NCBI GenBank assembly: GCA_963795095.1 | Contig: CAWCGM010000050.1 | Location: 1,078-65,077 of the forward strand | Reading direction: 5' to 3' | Origin: an uncultured Actinomycetota bacterium | Lineage (GTDB): Bacteria; Actinomycetota; Actinomycetes; Propionibacteriales; Nocardioidaceae | Length of the DNA: 64,000 nt | Part shown: piece by piece, positions 48,452 through 59,246 of the stretch | How the letters are laid out: every line of letters begins with the position of its first letter | Position numbering within the stretch: position 1 is the first letter of the stretch | Notes under the pieces: generated by a model | Databases searched by the model: none | Told to the model about the DNA's origin: nothing | What the model saw: the letters and a program-made list of their open reading frames with translations, nothing else | Made by a program: the position numbers and the translations under genes

Positions 48452-49603
48452 ATGAGGAACGGGGGGCGGAGGCGCGTCCTCCTCGTGCCTGCCGCGCTCG
48501 CGCTCGCGGCCTGCTCGACCTCGCCGACGGCCCCGTCCCCCAGCCCGTCGACGTCGTCCACGCCCGGATCCGCGACCCCGTCCGCCGAGGCGCCCACGGA
48601 CCAGCCCGCACCTGTGCCGGACGAGGACCCCGGCCCGGTCCGGATCGCGGTCGTCGGCGACATCCACTTCGAGGGTCCGCTGGCCGCTCGGCTCCGCGAC
48701 CCCGCCACCGCACTGGCCCCGGTGGCCGACGGCCTCTCCGCCGCCGACCTCACGATCGCGAACCTGGAGACGTCGGTCGGCACCGGTGGACGGCCCGAGG
48801 CGGGCAAGCGCTTCACCTTCTCCGCGGGTCCGGCGGCGTTCGACGCGCTCGCCGCGGCCGGCATCGACGTGGCGACCATGGCCAACAACCACGCCCTCGA
48901 CTACGGCCGCGCCCGGCTCCCGAGCACGTTCCGCGCGATCCGCCGCGTCGCCGCATCGGAGACACCGCTCGAGGTCGTCGGGATCGGCCGCGACGCCGAC
49001 GAGGCCTTCGCCCCGGTGGTCCACGACGTCCGCGGCACCCGCGTCGCCACGCTCGGCGCGTCCGTCGCCGACCAGGACCCGACGGCCGACCCGACGCGCG
49101 ACTGGGCGGCCACCGACGACCGCGCCGGCATCGCCGTCGCCCTCGACCCCTCGCGGCTCCTCCGGGAGGTACGCCGCACGCGCCGGAGCGCCGACGTGGT
49201 CGTGGTCTACCTGCACTGGGGCATCCAGGGCCAGCGCTGCCCGAGCCAGGACCAGCGCACGCTGGCGACAGACCTGGTCGCCGCCGGGGCCGACATCGTC
49301 GTCGGGTCGCACGCGCACCGGCTGCAGGGCGACGGTCGGCTCGCCACGGGCTACGTCGCCTACGGCCTGGGCAACTACGCCTGGTACTCCCCCGGCGACG
49401 CCACCACGTCGCGCACCGGCGTCCTCCACCTGACCGTCCGACCCCGCACCGACGGACCGCGTCCGCCCTACGTCGTACGGGCCGCGTGGGCGCCGCAGCG
49501 CATCGGTGCCGACGGGCTGGCCGCCACGCCGACGCCGCAGGACGCGACCGCCTTCCGGGCCGACCGCGAGTCCCTGCGCGCGTGCTCGGGGCTCCGGCCC
49601 TGA
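48452..49603 (+). CDS. CapA-family (poly-gamma-glutamate synthesis-like metallophosphatase) lipoprotein
   Basis: Lipobox LAACS. VVGDIHF, ANLET, MANNHALDYG, VGSHAH. Confidence 0.8.
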   Translation: MRNGGRRRVLLVPAALALAACSTSPTAPSPSPSTSSTPGSATPSAEAPTDQPAPVPDEDPGPVRIAVVGDIHFEGPLAARLRDPATALAPVADGLSAADLTIANLETSVGTGGRPEAGKRFTFSAGPAAFDALAAAGIDVATMANNHALDYGRARLPSTFRAIRRVAASETPLEVVGIGRDADEAFAPVVHDVRGTRVATLGASVADQDPTADPTRDWAATDDRAGIAVALDPSRLLREVRRTRRSADVVVVYLHWGIQGQRCPSQDQRTLATDLVAAGADIVVGSHAHRLQGDGRLATGYVAYGLGNYAWYSPGDATTSRTGVLHLTVRPRTDGPRPPYVVRAAWAPQRIGADGLAATPTPQDATAFRADRESLRACSGLRP

Positions 49604-49607
49604 GCGA

Positions 49608-50460
49608 TCAGCGCGGCGCGAGCCACGCCAGCAGGAGCCGGCCGGTGCGCTCGAGCTGGGCCGGCGACACGACGGACGGCACGTCGCTGGCGTCGTGGTA
49701 GGCCGCGTAGGACGTCGACCCCAGGCGCGCACCCGGCAGGCCCGCGCGCACGAACGACCAGTGGTCGCTGCTCCTCTGGTCCGGGTCCGCGATCGTCGCG
49801 ACGCCCGCCCGACGGCCTGCCGCGAGCAGGCTGCGCTGCACCGGGTCGGAGTCGTCCGCGGAGCCGACCGGCACCCGTGCGCCGACCCCGACGCGGTCGA
49901 GGGACACCATCGCCCGGACGGCTCGGCGCTCCGCAGGTCCGAGCGCGGCGACGTACGTCCGTGAGCCGAAGTGGTGGTCGTCGTCGCCGGGTCCGCGCGG
50001 CTCCTCCGCGCCGAAGGCGACGAAGACGACCGGCAGCCGCGTGCTCGCGGACGGCCGCAGCCTCGGCGGTCGCGAGGAGCACGCCGACTCCCGACGCGTT
50101 GTCCTCGGCGCCGGGCGCGTCCGCCACCGTGTCGAGGTGCGCACCCACCACGAGGTGCGGCTCGGTCGCGTCGAAGCCGGGCGGCGTCGCGACGACGTTG
50201 GCCGACCGTCCCGCCGGGACGGCGTCACCCAGCCACGACACCCCGGCAGGTACGTCGACGGGCTGGCAGGTCCACGTCGTAGCCGAGCCGGGTGAACCGG
50301 CGCGCGACCCAGCGGGCAGCCCGGTCGTAGGCAGCACTCGTGGCCTCACGCGGGCCGACCCGACCGGCCAGGAAGCGGACCGTGGCCACAGCGGTCGCGA
50401 CGTCGAGGTCGTCGGGAGCGAGTGCCTCGTCGACCGGGGCCTCGTCCGGGGGCTCCGTCC
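49608..50460 (-). pseudogene. M28-family aminopeptidase, spread over three frames (shifts near 50266 and 50049); 5' end unresolved
   Basis: My translation gives ...VATVRFLAGRVGPREATSAAYDRAARWVARRFTRLGYDVDL, then QPVDVPAG...VVGAHLDTVADAPGAEDNASGV (ORF 49468..50349 frame), then RLPVVFVAFGAEEP...SDHWSF (ORF 49608..50228). I found no start codon or signal peptide. Confidence 0.6.
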
Positions 50461-50549
50461 GGGCGGGCTCCGTGCCGCCGGCGTCGTGCTCGCCGGGTCA
50501 GTCGCCGCGGTCGTGTCGCGCCAGGTCGTCGCCCGACGCCGCGGCGCCG

Positions 50550-51185
50550 TCAGCGCAGCGCCCAGGCGCAGCGCGGTCGACGAGCCCCGCGTCGGCCTCG
50601 GTCAGCCGACAGGCGGCCGGCCAGGTAGAGCAGCGTCGCCGTCGCGCACGACGCCGACTCCCGGTCAGGGTGCTGCCGGGTGCCGGCGAGGGTGTGGCGA
50701 CGGTCTCGATGCACAGCGTCGCGACGGTCCGCAGCTCGCACGGTGTCGTCGGCGCCCGCTCGTCGCAGCGTCGAGGCGAACAGGTCCACGAGGTGCTCGC
50801 GCACAGCGTGCGCGGGCGAGTCGCCGCGCTCGGGCGCCAGCTCCTCGGTGAGCCGGTAGTAGCCCGGGTGCTGCACCTGGAGGTCGGCAGCCCTCCGCAC
50901 CAGCACGGCGAGCACCTGGTCGAGCTCCGCCACGGAGGTCACGTCGACCACGGCGTCGGCGTACGCCGGGGTCACGGCCTCGAGGTAGCGCGCGGCGAGG
51001 GCGTCGGCGACGGCCGCCTTGTCGGGGAAGAACCGGTAGAGCGCGCCGACCAACAGCCCGGCTCGCGCGGCGATGCGGGTGGTGCTCGCCCCCGCGACGC
51101 CGCGCTCGCCGACCTCGTGGTCGGCCGCCAGCAGGATCCGGTCGACCGTCTCCTGCGACCGCGCCTGCTGCGGCTGCGCCCTCAC
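50550..51185 (-). CDS. TetR-family transcriptional regulator (the C-terminal third reads better in another frame)
   Basis: GTG at 51185 within ORF 50550..51587. HTH TVDRILLAADHEVGERGVAGASTTRIAARAGLLVGALYRFFPDK. See the findings for the frame problems. Confidence 0.6.
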   Translation of the reverse strand: MRAQPQQARSQETVDRILLAADHEVGERGVAGASTTRIAARAGLLVGALYRFFPDKAAVADALAARYLEAVTPAYADAVVDVTSVAELDQVLAVLVRRAADLQVQHPGYYRLTEELAPERGDSPAHAVREHLVDLFASTLRRAGADDTVRAADRRDAVHRDRRHTLAGTRQHPDRESASCATATLLYLAGRLSADRGRRGARRPRCAWALR

Positions 51186-51830
51186 TGGCCAGCACGTCGC
51201 CCGTCGACGTGCGCACGCAGGTGACGACGGCGGTGGTCGCGCGACCGCGCCGGCGAGGCACTGGCCGAGCACGCGCTGCCCGGCGGCGATGAGGTGCCAC
51301 GACTCCTGGCAGGTCTGGTAGTAGGACTGGCAGGTGTCGGTGACCCGCTTGATGTCGAACTTGTCGTAGGGCGTGAAGCTGGTGACGTGCACGCGCTGTC
51401 CGTGCTCGGCGAGCAGCACGAGCGTCGAGACCGTCGCCCGCGAGGCACCGACCGGTGACGGTGCCGACCCCGACGAGGCGGACGAGCACTCGGCGCGACC
51501 GGGAAGTGCGGACGGCTCGACGCGGGCGTCGCGCGTCGGAGTCCGCAGCGCGGACGGCCGAGCACGGCGCGCGCGCGTGTCCGTCACGTCGCAGCTGCGG
51601 CGTCGCGAAGTCGCGCGTCAGCGATGCCAGCAGCTGGACGCGCTTGCTCGGGCGACTGCTCGCCGGAACGACGCCGAGGACGAGTACTCCCGCGACCCTG
51701 AGGTTGCGCGACGGCTCGAGCTGCTTCAGCGTGGTGTCCTTCGACGCCGTCAGTCTGGCCGAGCGCCTGCTGCAGTCGCTGTGTCGGTGTGGGCCGTGTC
51801 GTCGCGGGTCGTCCAGCCGGAAATGACGAA

Positions 51831-51856
51831 CAGCGCCGCCCGTGAGGGCGACGCTG
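51831..51856 (-). terminator. hairpin 20 nt downstream of the hrdB stop
   Basis: CAGCGCCGCCC-gtga-GGGCGACGCTG is an 11-bp stem with one G-T pair. On the transcribed strand it is followed by TTCGTCATTT. Confidence 0.55.
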
Positions 51857-51875
51857 CTCGGTGGTGCCGGCTGGC

Positions 51876-53372
51876 TCAGTCCAGGTAGTCGCGCAGGACC
51901 TGCGAGCGGCTCGGGTGACGCAGCTTCGACATCGTCTTCGACTCGATCTGGCGGATCCGCTCGCGGGTCACGCCGTAGACCTTGCCGATCTCGTCGAGGG
52001 TCTTCGGCTGGCCGTCGGTGAGGCCGAAGCGCATCGACACCACGCCCGCCTCGCGCTCGGACAGCGTGTCGAGCACCGCGTGCAGCTGCTCCTGGAGGAG
52101 CGTGAACGACACGGCGTCGGCCGGGACGATCGCCTCGGAGTCCTCGATGAGGTCACCGAACTCGGAGTCGCCGTCCTCGCCGAGGGGCGTGTGCAGCGAG
52201 ATCGGCTCGCGGCCGTACTTCTGGACCTCGATGACCTTCTCGGGGGTCATGTCGAGCTCCTTGGCCAGCTCCTCCGGCGTGGGCTCGCGGCCCAGGTCCT
52301 GGAGCATCTGGCGCTGGACGCGCGCGAGCTTGTTGATGACCTCGACCATGTGCACCGGGATGCGGATGGTGCGCGCCTGGTCGGCCATGGCGCGGGTGAT
52401 CGCCTGGCGGATCCACCACGTCGCGTAGGTCGAGAACTTGTAGCCCTTGGTGTAGTCGAACTTCTCGACCGCGCGGATCAGGCCGAGGTTGCCCTCCTGG
52501 ATCAGGTCGAGGAAGAGCATCCCGCGACCGGTGTAGCGCTTGGCGAGGGAGACGACGAGTCGCAGGTTGGCCTCGAGGAGGTGGTTCTTGGCGCGACGGC
52601 CGTCCTCCGAGATCCACTCGTACTCCTCGAGCATCTTCGGGCTGATCCGGCCGCCCTTGGCGAGCTTCTCCTCGGAGAACAGGCCGGCCTCGATCCGCTT
52701 GGCGAGCTCGACCTCCATCTCGGCGTTGAGGAGGGGCACCTTGCCGATCTGCTTGAGGTAGTCCTTGACCGGGTCGGCGGTGGCGCCGGCGACCATGACC
52801 TGCTGCTCGGGCTCGTCGGTCTCGTCGGCCGCGGAGACGGTGAAGGCCTGCTTCTCGTCCTCCTTGATCGTCGGGTCCTTGGCGACGTCCTTCTCGAAGA
52901 CCTCGTCGGGGATGTCCGGGAGCAGCTTCTTGCCGTCGGCACCGACCGCCGGCGCCACGACGGCGCCGAGGTCGACGACCTCCTCGGCGGGAGCGTCAGC
53001 CTTCTTGGCCGTGGTCTTCTTCGCGGCGGCCTTCTTGGCGGGGGCCTCGGCCGTCTTGGCGGCGGCCTTCTTCGCCGGGCGGCGGCCTTCTTGGCCGGGG
53101 CCTTCTTCGCGGTCGGCGGTGGTCGCCGCACGCTTGCTGGTCGCAGCGACGGCACGCAGGCCCGTCGCGTCGATCTGCACCGAGATGCCGAGGCCGCTCA
53201 GGTGCACGAGCAGCGCCTTGAGGTGACGTGGCTCGACGCCGGCGTCGTCACTGGCACGTCGTACGTCCTCGGGGGACACGGTGCCCGTGGGGGTCGCGGC
53301 GGCGACCAGGGAGGTGATGGAGGGGTGCGTGAGCACCTCGGCGGGGAGCAACTTGCGTGCGTGTGAAGACAC
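51876..53372 (-). CDS. hrdB: principal RNA polymerase sigma factor (group 1, HrdB/SigA/RpoD)
   Basis: Regions 1.2-4.2 are almost invariant ([19 protein letters not shown]..., [40 protein letters not shown]..., [14 protein letters not shown]). There is a K/A-rich N-terminal region. The GTG at 53372 (VSSHARK) is preferred over the GTG at 53378. Confidence 0.9.
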   Translation of the reverse strand: MSSHARKLLPAEVLTHPSITSLVAAATPTGTVSPEDVRRASDDAGVEPRHLKALLVHLSGLGISVQIDATGLRAVAATSKRAATTADREEGPGQEGRRPAKKAAAKTAEAPAKKAAAKKTTAKKADAPAEEVVDLGAVVAPAVGADGKKLLPDIPDEVFEKDVAKDPTIKEDEKQAFTVSAADETDEPEQQVMVAGATADPVKDYLKQIGKVPLLNAEMEVELAKRIEAGLFSEEKLAKGGRISPKMLEEYEWISEDGRRAKNHLLEANLRLVVSLAKRYTGRGMLFLDLIQEGNLGLIRAVEKFDYTKGYKFSTYATWWIRQAITRAMADQARTIRIPVHMVEVINKLARVQRQMLQDLGREPTPEELAKELDMTPEKVIEVQKYGREPISLHTPLGEDGDSEFGDLIEDSEAIVPADAVSFTLLQEQLHAVLDTLSEREAGVVSMRFGLTDGQPKTLDEIGKVYGVTRERIRQIESKTMSKLRHPSRSQVLRDYLD

Positions 53373-53472
53373 GAACACCTCTCGTCAAACGACTTCGGGG
53401 CGCGGCGAGGCCCGGTGACGTCAAGAGCCGCGTCGTCATTCTGCCACGACCCGCCTGAGGGATCGAACCGGG

Positions 53473-54039
53473 TCAGTCCGACCCGCGTGCTGCGGCCTTC
53501 TTGGCCTTCTTGAAGTCGCGCACCTTCTGCAGCGACTCGGCGTCGACGACGTCCGCGACCGAGCGGTGACCCTCGAGGGCGTAGTCGCCGACGGCGGCCT
53601 CCCAACCCTCCGGTCGTACGCCGAGCTGCTTGGCGAGCAGCGCCACGAAGATCTGCGCCTTCTGCTTGCCGAAGCCCGGCAGCGCCATCACGCGCTTGAG
53701 CAGGTCCTTGCCGTCGCTGGCCTCGGTCCACAGCCGCGAGGCGTCACCGCCGTAGGTCTCCTCCACGATCCGGGCGAGCTCCTGCAGGCGCGCGGCCATC
53801 GACCCCGGGAAGCGGTGGATGGCCGGCGGCGTGGACGCCATCGCCGCGAACTGCTCGGGGTCCGCGGACGCGATCGCGTCGGGGGCGATCGTGCCGAACC
53901 GGTCGACCACCTTCGCCGGGCCGCGGAAGGCGTGCTCCATCGGATACTGCTGGTCGAGCATCATCCCGGCCAGCAGCGCGAAGCTGGAGTCGTCGAGAAC
54001 CTTGTCGGCGGCCGGGTCGCCGGTGATCTGGAAGCCCAT
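53473..54039 (-). CDS. HhH-GPD-type base-excision DNA repair family protein
   Basis: ATG at 54039. FALLAGMMLDQQYPMEHAF...ALPGFGKQKAQIFVALL. Confidence 0.7.
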   Translation of the reverse strand: MGFQITGDPAADKVLDDSSFALLAGMMLDQQYPMEHAFRGPAKVVDRFGTIAPDAIASADPEQFAAMASTPPAIHRFPGSMAARLQELARIVEETYGGDASRLWTEASDGKDLLKRVMALPGFGKQKAQIFVALLAKQLGVRPEGWEAAVGDYALEGHRSVADVVDAESLQKVRDFKKAKKAAARGSD

Positions 54040-54127
54040 GCGCCCATCATCGCGCACCTCGCCGCAACGTCATACGGAGCGAGCAAGCGGATGCCCCGTC
54101 CGTATGACGTCCGGGGTCGCGCGAGAC

Positions 54128-54526
54128 CTAGGCCTTGACCGCCAGGACGGGGCAGGGGGCGTCGAGGAGCACGCGCTGGGCGTTGCTGCCGAGGATGAGC
54201 TTGCCGACGGGCGAGCGACGGCGCAGGCCGATCACGAGGAGCTCGGCGTGGTTGGCCTCGGCGATGCTGATCAGGTCCTCGGCGGGCTCGAAGCCGCGCA
54301 CGAGCTGGCGGATGTCGTGCTCGACACCGGCCTCGTCGAGGCGGGTCTTGATGCCCGCCATGTCGTCCTCGGCGGCCTGGGCCTTGGCCCGGTCGAACTC
54401 CTGGCCACCCCGGTGGGAGTTCACCACGACGAGCTTGCTGCCCCGCAGCTTCGCCTCGTTGATGCCGGCGGCGAGGGCGGCTTCACCCTCCGGCTTGGGG
54501 ACGTATCCGACGACAACGGTGCCCAT
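54128..54526 (-). CDS. universal stress protein (UspA family)
   Basis: ATG at 54526 with GAGGAG upstream. LLVIGLRRRSPVGKLILGSNAQRVLLDAPCPVLAVK. Confidence 0.8.
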   Translation of the reverse strand: MGTVVVGYVPKPEGEAALAAGINEAKLRGSKLVVVNSHRGGQEFDRAKAQAAEDDMAGIKTRLDEAGVEHDIRQLVRGFEPAEDLISIAEANHAELLVIGLRRRSPVGKLILGSNAQRVLLDAPCPVLAVKA

Positions 54527-54651
54527 GGTGTCTCCTCTCGAGGGCCACCGCGCGTCGCGGTCGGCCTGTGGGCACCGTAACGGAAACGGGCGGGGTTGGG
54601 CAGCCTGTGGAGAGCCGCGCCGGAGCGGCGTACCTCCGGCAGGGTGAGGCC

Positions 54652-55104
54652 ATGCCCCACCTCGCGGCACCGCACCTCGCCCTGCGCGCGCCCATCGACC
54701 GGCACACCCACCACGTGCTGCGCTCCGCCGTCCTCGAGCTCGTCGAGGGCGAGCACCGCCGTCGCTTCCCGGCCGTCCTGCACGCCGGTGTGCCCGGTCG
54801 CAGCGTCGTCCACGTCGAGGACCCTCCGCTCGCCGGCACGGGGGCGCGCGCGGACGTGGCGCTCGCCCTCGTCGTCCGGGCCAGGGCGATGGCGCCGCGG
54901 CCCGTCGTGTGGCTGACCCGGCCCGGCGAGCTCAGCGCGCACGACGACGACCTCCGGTGGCTGGGGCCGGTCGCGTGGGCGTGCGGCAGCGTCGGCGAGC
55001 CGATCGGGCTGGTCGTGGTGACGCGTCGCGGGTGGTTCGACCCGGTCAGCGGCGTACGTCGCGAGTGGCGCCGGTTGCGTCCCCGTCACCAGCCGGCGCA
55101 GTGA
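54652..55104 (+). CDS. hypothetical protein
   Basis: ATG at 54652 after GGTGAGG. Third-position GC is strong throughout. I recognised no family. Confidence 0.5.
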   Translation: MPHLAAPHLALRAPIDRHTHHVLRSAVLELVEGEHRRRFPAVLHAGVPGRSVVHVEDPPLAGTGARADVALALVVRARAMAPRPVVWLTRPGELSAHDDDLRWLGPVAWACGSVGEPIGLVVVTRRGWFDPVSGVRREWRRLRPRHQPAQ

Positions 55105-55110
55105 GGTGCC

Positions 55111-56574
55111 TCAGTCCCAGAGGTGCACCGGCTCGTTGCTGTGCATCCGCTCGCGGTAGTCGAGGAGGGTGGCGCGCAGCGCGTCGAAGCGGTCCTGTCC
55201 CCCGCGCTCGCGCACCCGCTCGACGAACCACGCGGCGCCGCTGGTCTCGGCCTGGCAGCGCTGCTCGATGATCCCGAGGTAGCGGTCGCTCTCCTCGGCC
55301 GGAACGCCCCACGCGTCGAGCCCGGCGCGCGCCATCGGCAGCAGCCGGCGCAGCACCAGCTCGGTGGCGCGGACCTGCCCGATGCCGGGCCAGTAGACCT
55401 GCGCGTCGACGCCCATCTGGGCGGCGACGTGGAAGTTCTCCTCGGCCGCGGAGAACGACATCTGCGACCACAGGGGCCGCTCGCTCTCGGCGAGGAACCG
55501 GATCAGGCCGAACCACAGGGCTGCGTTGGCGATGGTGTCGGCCACGGTCGGGCCGGCCGCGAGGAGCCGGTTCTCCACCCGCAGGTGGGGCATGCCGTCG
55601 GCGACGTCGTAGACCGGCCGGTTCCAGCGGTAGATCGTGCCGTTGTGCAGCTTGAGCTCGTGGAGGGCCGGGGTGCCGCCGGACTCGAGCACGTCGAGCG
55701 GGTCCTCCTCGTCGGTGACCGGCAGGAGGGCCGGGAAGTAGCGGACGTTCTCCTCGAAGAGGTCGAAGACCGAGGTGATCCAGCGCTCGCCGAACCACAC
55801 GCGCGGACGGACTCCCTGCGCCTTCAGCTCCTCGCTGCGGGTGTCGGTCGCCTGCTCGAAGAGCGGGATGCGCGTCTCGCGCCACAGCTCCTTGCCGAGC
55901 AGGAAGGGCGAGTTCGCCGACACCGCGAGCTGGACGCCCGCGATCGCCTGGGCGGCGTTCCAGTAGGCCGCGAACTGGTCGGGCGAGGTCTGCACGTGGA
56001 ACTGGGTGCTGGTGCACGCGGCCTCGGGGACGATCGAGTCGGCGGTCGTGGTGAGCCGCTCGCGACCCGAGATGCTGATCGTGATGTCCTCGCCGCGGGC
56101 GGCGAGGATCTGCTCGGACAGCAGCTTGTAGCGCGGGTTGGCGCTGAGGCTCGACGGGTCCATGTGTCCCTCGGCGAGGGTCGGCAGGATGCCGATCATC
56201 ACCTGGTGGGCGCCGACCTTGGCGGCCTTCTCCTCGGCGTCGTTGAGCGAGCGCCGCAGGCTGTCCTCGAACGTCGTCAGCCCGCCCTCGCGCAGCTTCG
56301 CCGGCGCGAGGTTGATCTCGATGTTGAACTGCCCGAGCTCGGTCTGGAAGTCGGGGTCGGCGATCGCCTCGAGCACCTCGGCGTTCTTCAGCGCCGGGTC
56401 GCCGACGTCGTCGATGAGGTTGAGCTCCATCTCCAGCCCGGTCATCGGGTCGTCGGTGTCGAAGCGCGAGTCGCGCAGCATGCGCGCGAACACGTCGAGG
56501 TTGCGACGCACCTTCTCCCGGTGGCGCGTCCGGTCCGCCCTGCTGAACTCCTGCTGGTCGACCTCTTCTCCCAT
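55111..56574 (-). CDS. glutamate-cysteine ligase family 2 (GCS2, carboxylate-amine ligase) protein
   Basis: 487 aa. GLEMELNLID, TELGQFNIEINL, CTSTQFHVQ, RPRVWFGERW. Confidence 0.85.
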   Translation of the reverse strand: MGEEVDQQEFSRADRTRHREKVRRNLDVFARMLRDSRFDTDDPMTGLEMELNLIDDVGDPALKNAEVLEAIADPDFQTELGQFNIEINLAPAKLREGGLTTFEDSLRRSLNDAEEKAAKVGAHQVMIGILPTLAEGHMDPSSLSANPRYKLLSEQILAARGEDITISISGRERLTTTADSIVPEAACTSTQFHVQTSPDQFAAYWNAAQAIAGVQLAVSANSPFLLGKELWRETRIPLFEQATDTRSEELKAQGVRPRVWFGERWITSVFDLFEENVRYFPALLPVTDEEDPLDVLESGGTPALHELKLHNGTIYRWNRPVYDVADGMPHLRVENRLLAAGPTVADTIANAALWFGLIRFLAESERPLWSQMSFSAAEENFHVAAQMGVDAQVYWPGIGQVRATELVLRRLLPMARAGLDAWGVPAEESDRYLGIIEQRCQAETSGAAWFVERVRERGGQDRFDALRATLLDYRERMHSNEPVHLWD

Positions 56575-56627
56575 GTCCGAACCCTAGTCACCCCCCACCT
56601 CGGCGGGAACCGTCCCGATGGGCGGTC

Positions 56628-57644
56628 TCACGCCGCCGGGTCGGACGTCCGGCGCGAGGACGGGCCGAGTCGCGGACGCAGCTCCTCCCAGAGGTCGGGC
56701 GAGGTCGCCGAGTCGAGCAGCTGGGCGACCAGCGAGGCGAGCGAGTGGGTCGGGGCGACCTCGCGGCACCGGTCGACCGCGCACCAGGCGAGCGCGCCGT
56801 CGCCGACGAGCCAGGCGGCGAACGCCAGCACGGCCGCCGGCCCGGCGACGTGGCTCGTCGGCAGGCGACGTACGGCGTCCGACCACAGGTCGACGGCCCG
56901 CCGGGCGTCGGCGCGATCCAGCCACGTCCACGCCTCGTCGCGCAGGTCGCCCTGCGTGAGCGACACCGCGACGGCCGCCAGCTCGGGCGGCGTGAACGTC
57001 GTCCCTGCCGTGGCCTGGTGGCGCGCGCACCAGCGTCGCCAGGCACCCGGTCGGCAGTGCGGTCGCCTCTGCGAGGAAGGGCTCCAGGGCACGGGCAGCG
57101 GCGTCGTCCTGGTCGAGGGTCGCGCGCAGCGCCTCGCGGCTCGCGTGGGTGACCCGGCCGTCGAAGACGCCCTGGGCGGTGAAGGCGTGCTCGGCGAGGA
57201 CGAACGGCACCCCCCGGTAGGCGGCGAGCGGCGCGCCGGGGAGGACGGCGTACCAGTGGTCGTCGTGGACGCGCAGCACCTCGCGCACGTCGATGCCCGC
57301 GGCGGTCAGCTCCTCGTGGAGGGCCCACGCGGCCTCGTCGGCGACGGTCGTGTCGTCGTCGTAGACCATCACGACCACCTCGCGGACGCCGTTGTGGCGC
57401 GCGGGTCGCAGCAGCGCCTCGACCACGTCGTCGACGTCGTCGGGGTCGTGGGGCAGGTCGACGCGGGCGTGCATGCCGCCCGGGGAGCCGACGCTGATCA
57501 TCACCACCGACCGCTCGGGCACGAAGCCGAGCGCCAGCGGGACGAAGGCGGCGAGGTCGTCGGGGGTGCGTGCCCGGAGCCGGGTCGCGGGAGCAGCGGT
57601 GGTCGAGGTGGGTCGGGTGAGCGTCGGGGTGAGGTGGGGTCCAT
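56628..57644 (-). pseudogene. DUF4192 family protein, at least one and probably two frame shifts (about 57046 and about 57562)
   Basis: The core DDLAAFVPLALGFVPERSVVMISV... is in the ORF 56584..59133 frame. The C-terminal half (ELAAVAVSLTQGDLRDEAWTWLD...) is in ORF 56628..57092. The only plausible ATG (57644) is in a third frame. Confidence 0.6.
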
Positions 57645-57783
57645 GACGAGGACGCTTCCCGCGGACACCGACGGCCCACGCGCCTCGGGCCGGACCCCTG
57701 TGGAGAAGCTGCTCCGCACGCGACCTGTGGACGCTTGGTGGCCCACAACGGCGCGCGACCGACGCGGCTGAGAGGATGGCGCG

Positions 57784-59086
57784 GTGCGTGCGACCGCGTC
57801 GATCCTCCACCTCGACCTGGACGCCTTCTTCGCCGCCGTCGAGCAGCGCGACAAGCCGTCGCTGCGGGGCAAGCCGGTCATCGTCGGCGGGACCGGTGGC
57901 CGCGGCGTGGTGTCCACCGCGTCGTACGAAGCCAGGAAGTTCGGCGTCGGGTCGGCGATGTCGGGCCGGGAGGCGCGGGCCCGCTGCCCGCACGCGGCCT
58001 TCCTGAGCGGCCGGTTCCACGCCTACCGCGAGACGAGCAAGCTGGTGATGCAGGCGCTGCGCGACCTCTCCCCGCTCGTCGAGCCGCTGTCGCTCGACGA
58101 GGCCTTCGTCGACCTGGCGGCCGCCGGGCTGGACGACCTCGACGTCGCGACGGTGACCGAGGTCGGGGCGGAGCTGCGCCGCCGGGTGCACGAGGTCACC
58201 GGCGGGCTCACCGCGACCGTCGGCATCGCCTCGTCCAAGTTCCTCGCCAAGGTCGCGAGCGAGCTCGACAAGCCCGACGGGATGACGGTCGTGCCGCCGG
58301 GCACCGAGCTCGACCTGCTGCGGCCGATGGACGTCAAGGTGATCCCCGGCGTCGGCCCGGCGACCAGGGAACGGCTCCGCCGGGCCGGGATCCACACCAT
58401 CGCCGAGCTCGAGCAGGTCAGCGAGGACGAGCTCGTCCGCCTCCTGGGCCAGGCACAGGGGCACGGGCTGTGGCAGCTCGCCCGGGCGCAGGACTCCCGA
58501 CCGGTCGTCGCCGAGCGCGAGGCGAAGTCGATCAGCGTCGAGGGCACCTACGACGCCGACCTCAACGACCGCAAGCTGATGGAGGGCCTGCTCACCCGCC
58601 AGGCCAAGGAGGTCGGCACCCGGATGCGCAAGAACGGCTTCTCCGGGCGCACCGTGTCGATCAAGGTGCGGCTGCACGACTTCACGACGCTGAGCCGCTC
58701 CAGCACGCTGTCCAGCCCCACCGACGACGGCACCACGATCGCCCGCATCGCCCGCGCGCTGCTCGGCGACCTCGACACCACCGGCGGCGTGCGCCTGCTC
58801 GGCGTCGGCGTCTCGGGGCTGGCGGACTGGGTGCAGGAGGACCTCTTCGGCGACGCAGCCGGAAGAGGAGGAGGTGGAGGTCGTCCTCCCCGAGCCGCCG
58901 CGTCGCACCTGGCCGCCCGGCGCCGACGTGGTGCACGACGAGATGGGACCGGGCTGGGTGTGGGGGTCCGGGTCCGGCGTGGTCACCGTCCGCTTCGAGA
59001 CTGCCGAGACGCCACCCGGCCCCGTCCGCAGCTTCCGGATGGACGACCCCGCCCTCCACCGCTGGGAGCCCCCGCCGGAGGAGTGA
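57784..59086 (+). pseudogene. dinB: DNA polymerase IV (Y-family), apparent 1-nt deletion near 58858-58861
   Basis: ILHLDLDAFFAAVEQRD...SLDEAF...ASSKFLAKVAS is in ORF 57784..59211. The actinobacterial C-terminal extension (PGADVVHDEMGPGWVWGSGSGVVTVRFE) is in ORF 58874..59086. Confidence 0.8.
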
Positions 59087-59209
59087 GCGCCAGGTCGTCC
59101 GCAGGACGACCTGGTGGTCCTCACGACGTCCACTGTTCACCGGGTTGTTCGCCGGGCCCGACTTGCACGGCGCCCGGTCGAGCGGGCAGCCTGGAGGCGC
59201 AAATGTGGT

Positions 59210-59246
59210 GAGGGGCTCCAGATGGTATGAGCATCAGGAGCCCCTC
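59210..59246 (+). terminator. hairpin downstream of dinB
   Basis: GAGGGGCTCC-17 nt-GGAGCCCCTC is a 10-bp stem followed by GGTTTG. Confidence 0.45.

Noticed and set aside
51190-51587. The N-terminal 134 codons of ORF 50550..51587 as part of the TetR protein, or as a separately named SGNH/GDSL hydrolase gene.
   Set aside because: The TetR HTH begins right after the GTG at 51185, so the upstream part is a read-through fusion. The upstream peptide only loosely resembles one SGNH block and needs frame changes. The evidence is insufficient for a call.
58840-58880. Programmed ribosomal frameshifting or recoding as an explanation for the dinB, ALDH or sulfurtransferase frame breaks.
   Set aside because: No slippery heptamer plus downstream structure is evident at the break points, and these families are not known to use recoding. 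The same kind of break occurs in many unrelated genes, which points to indels.
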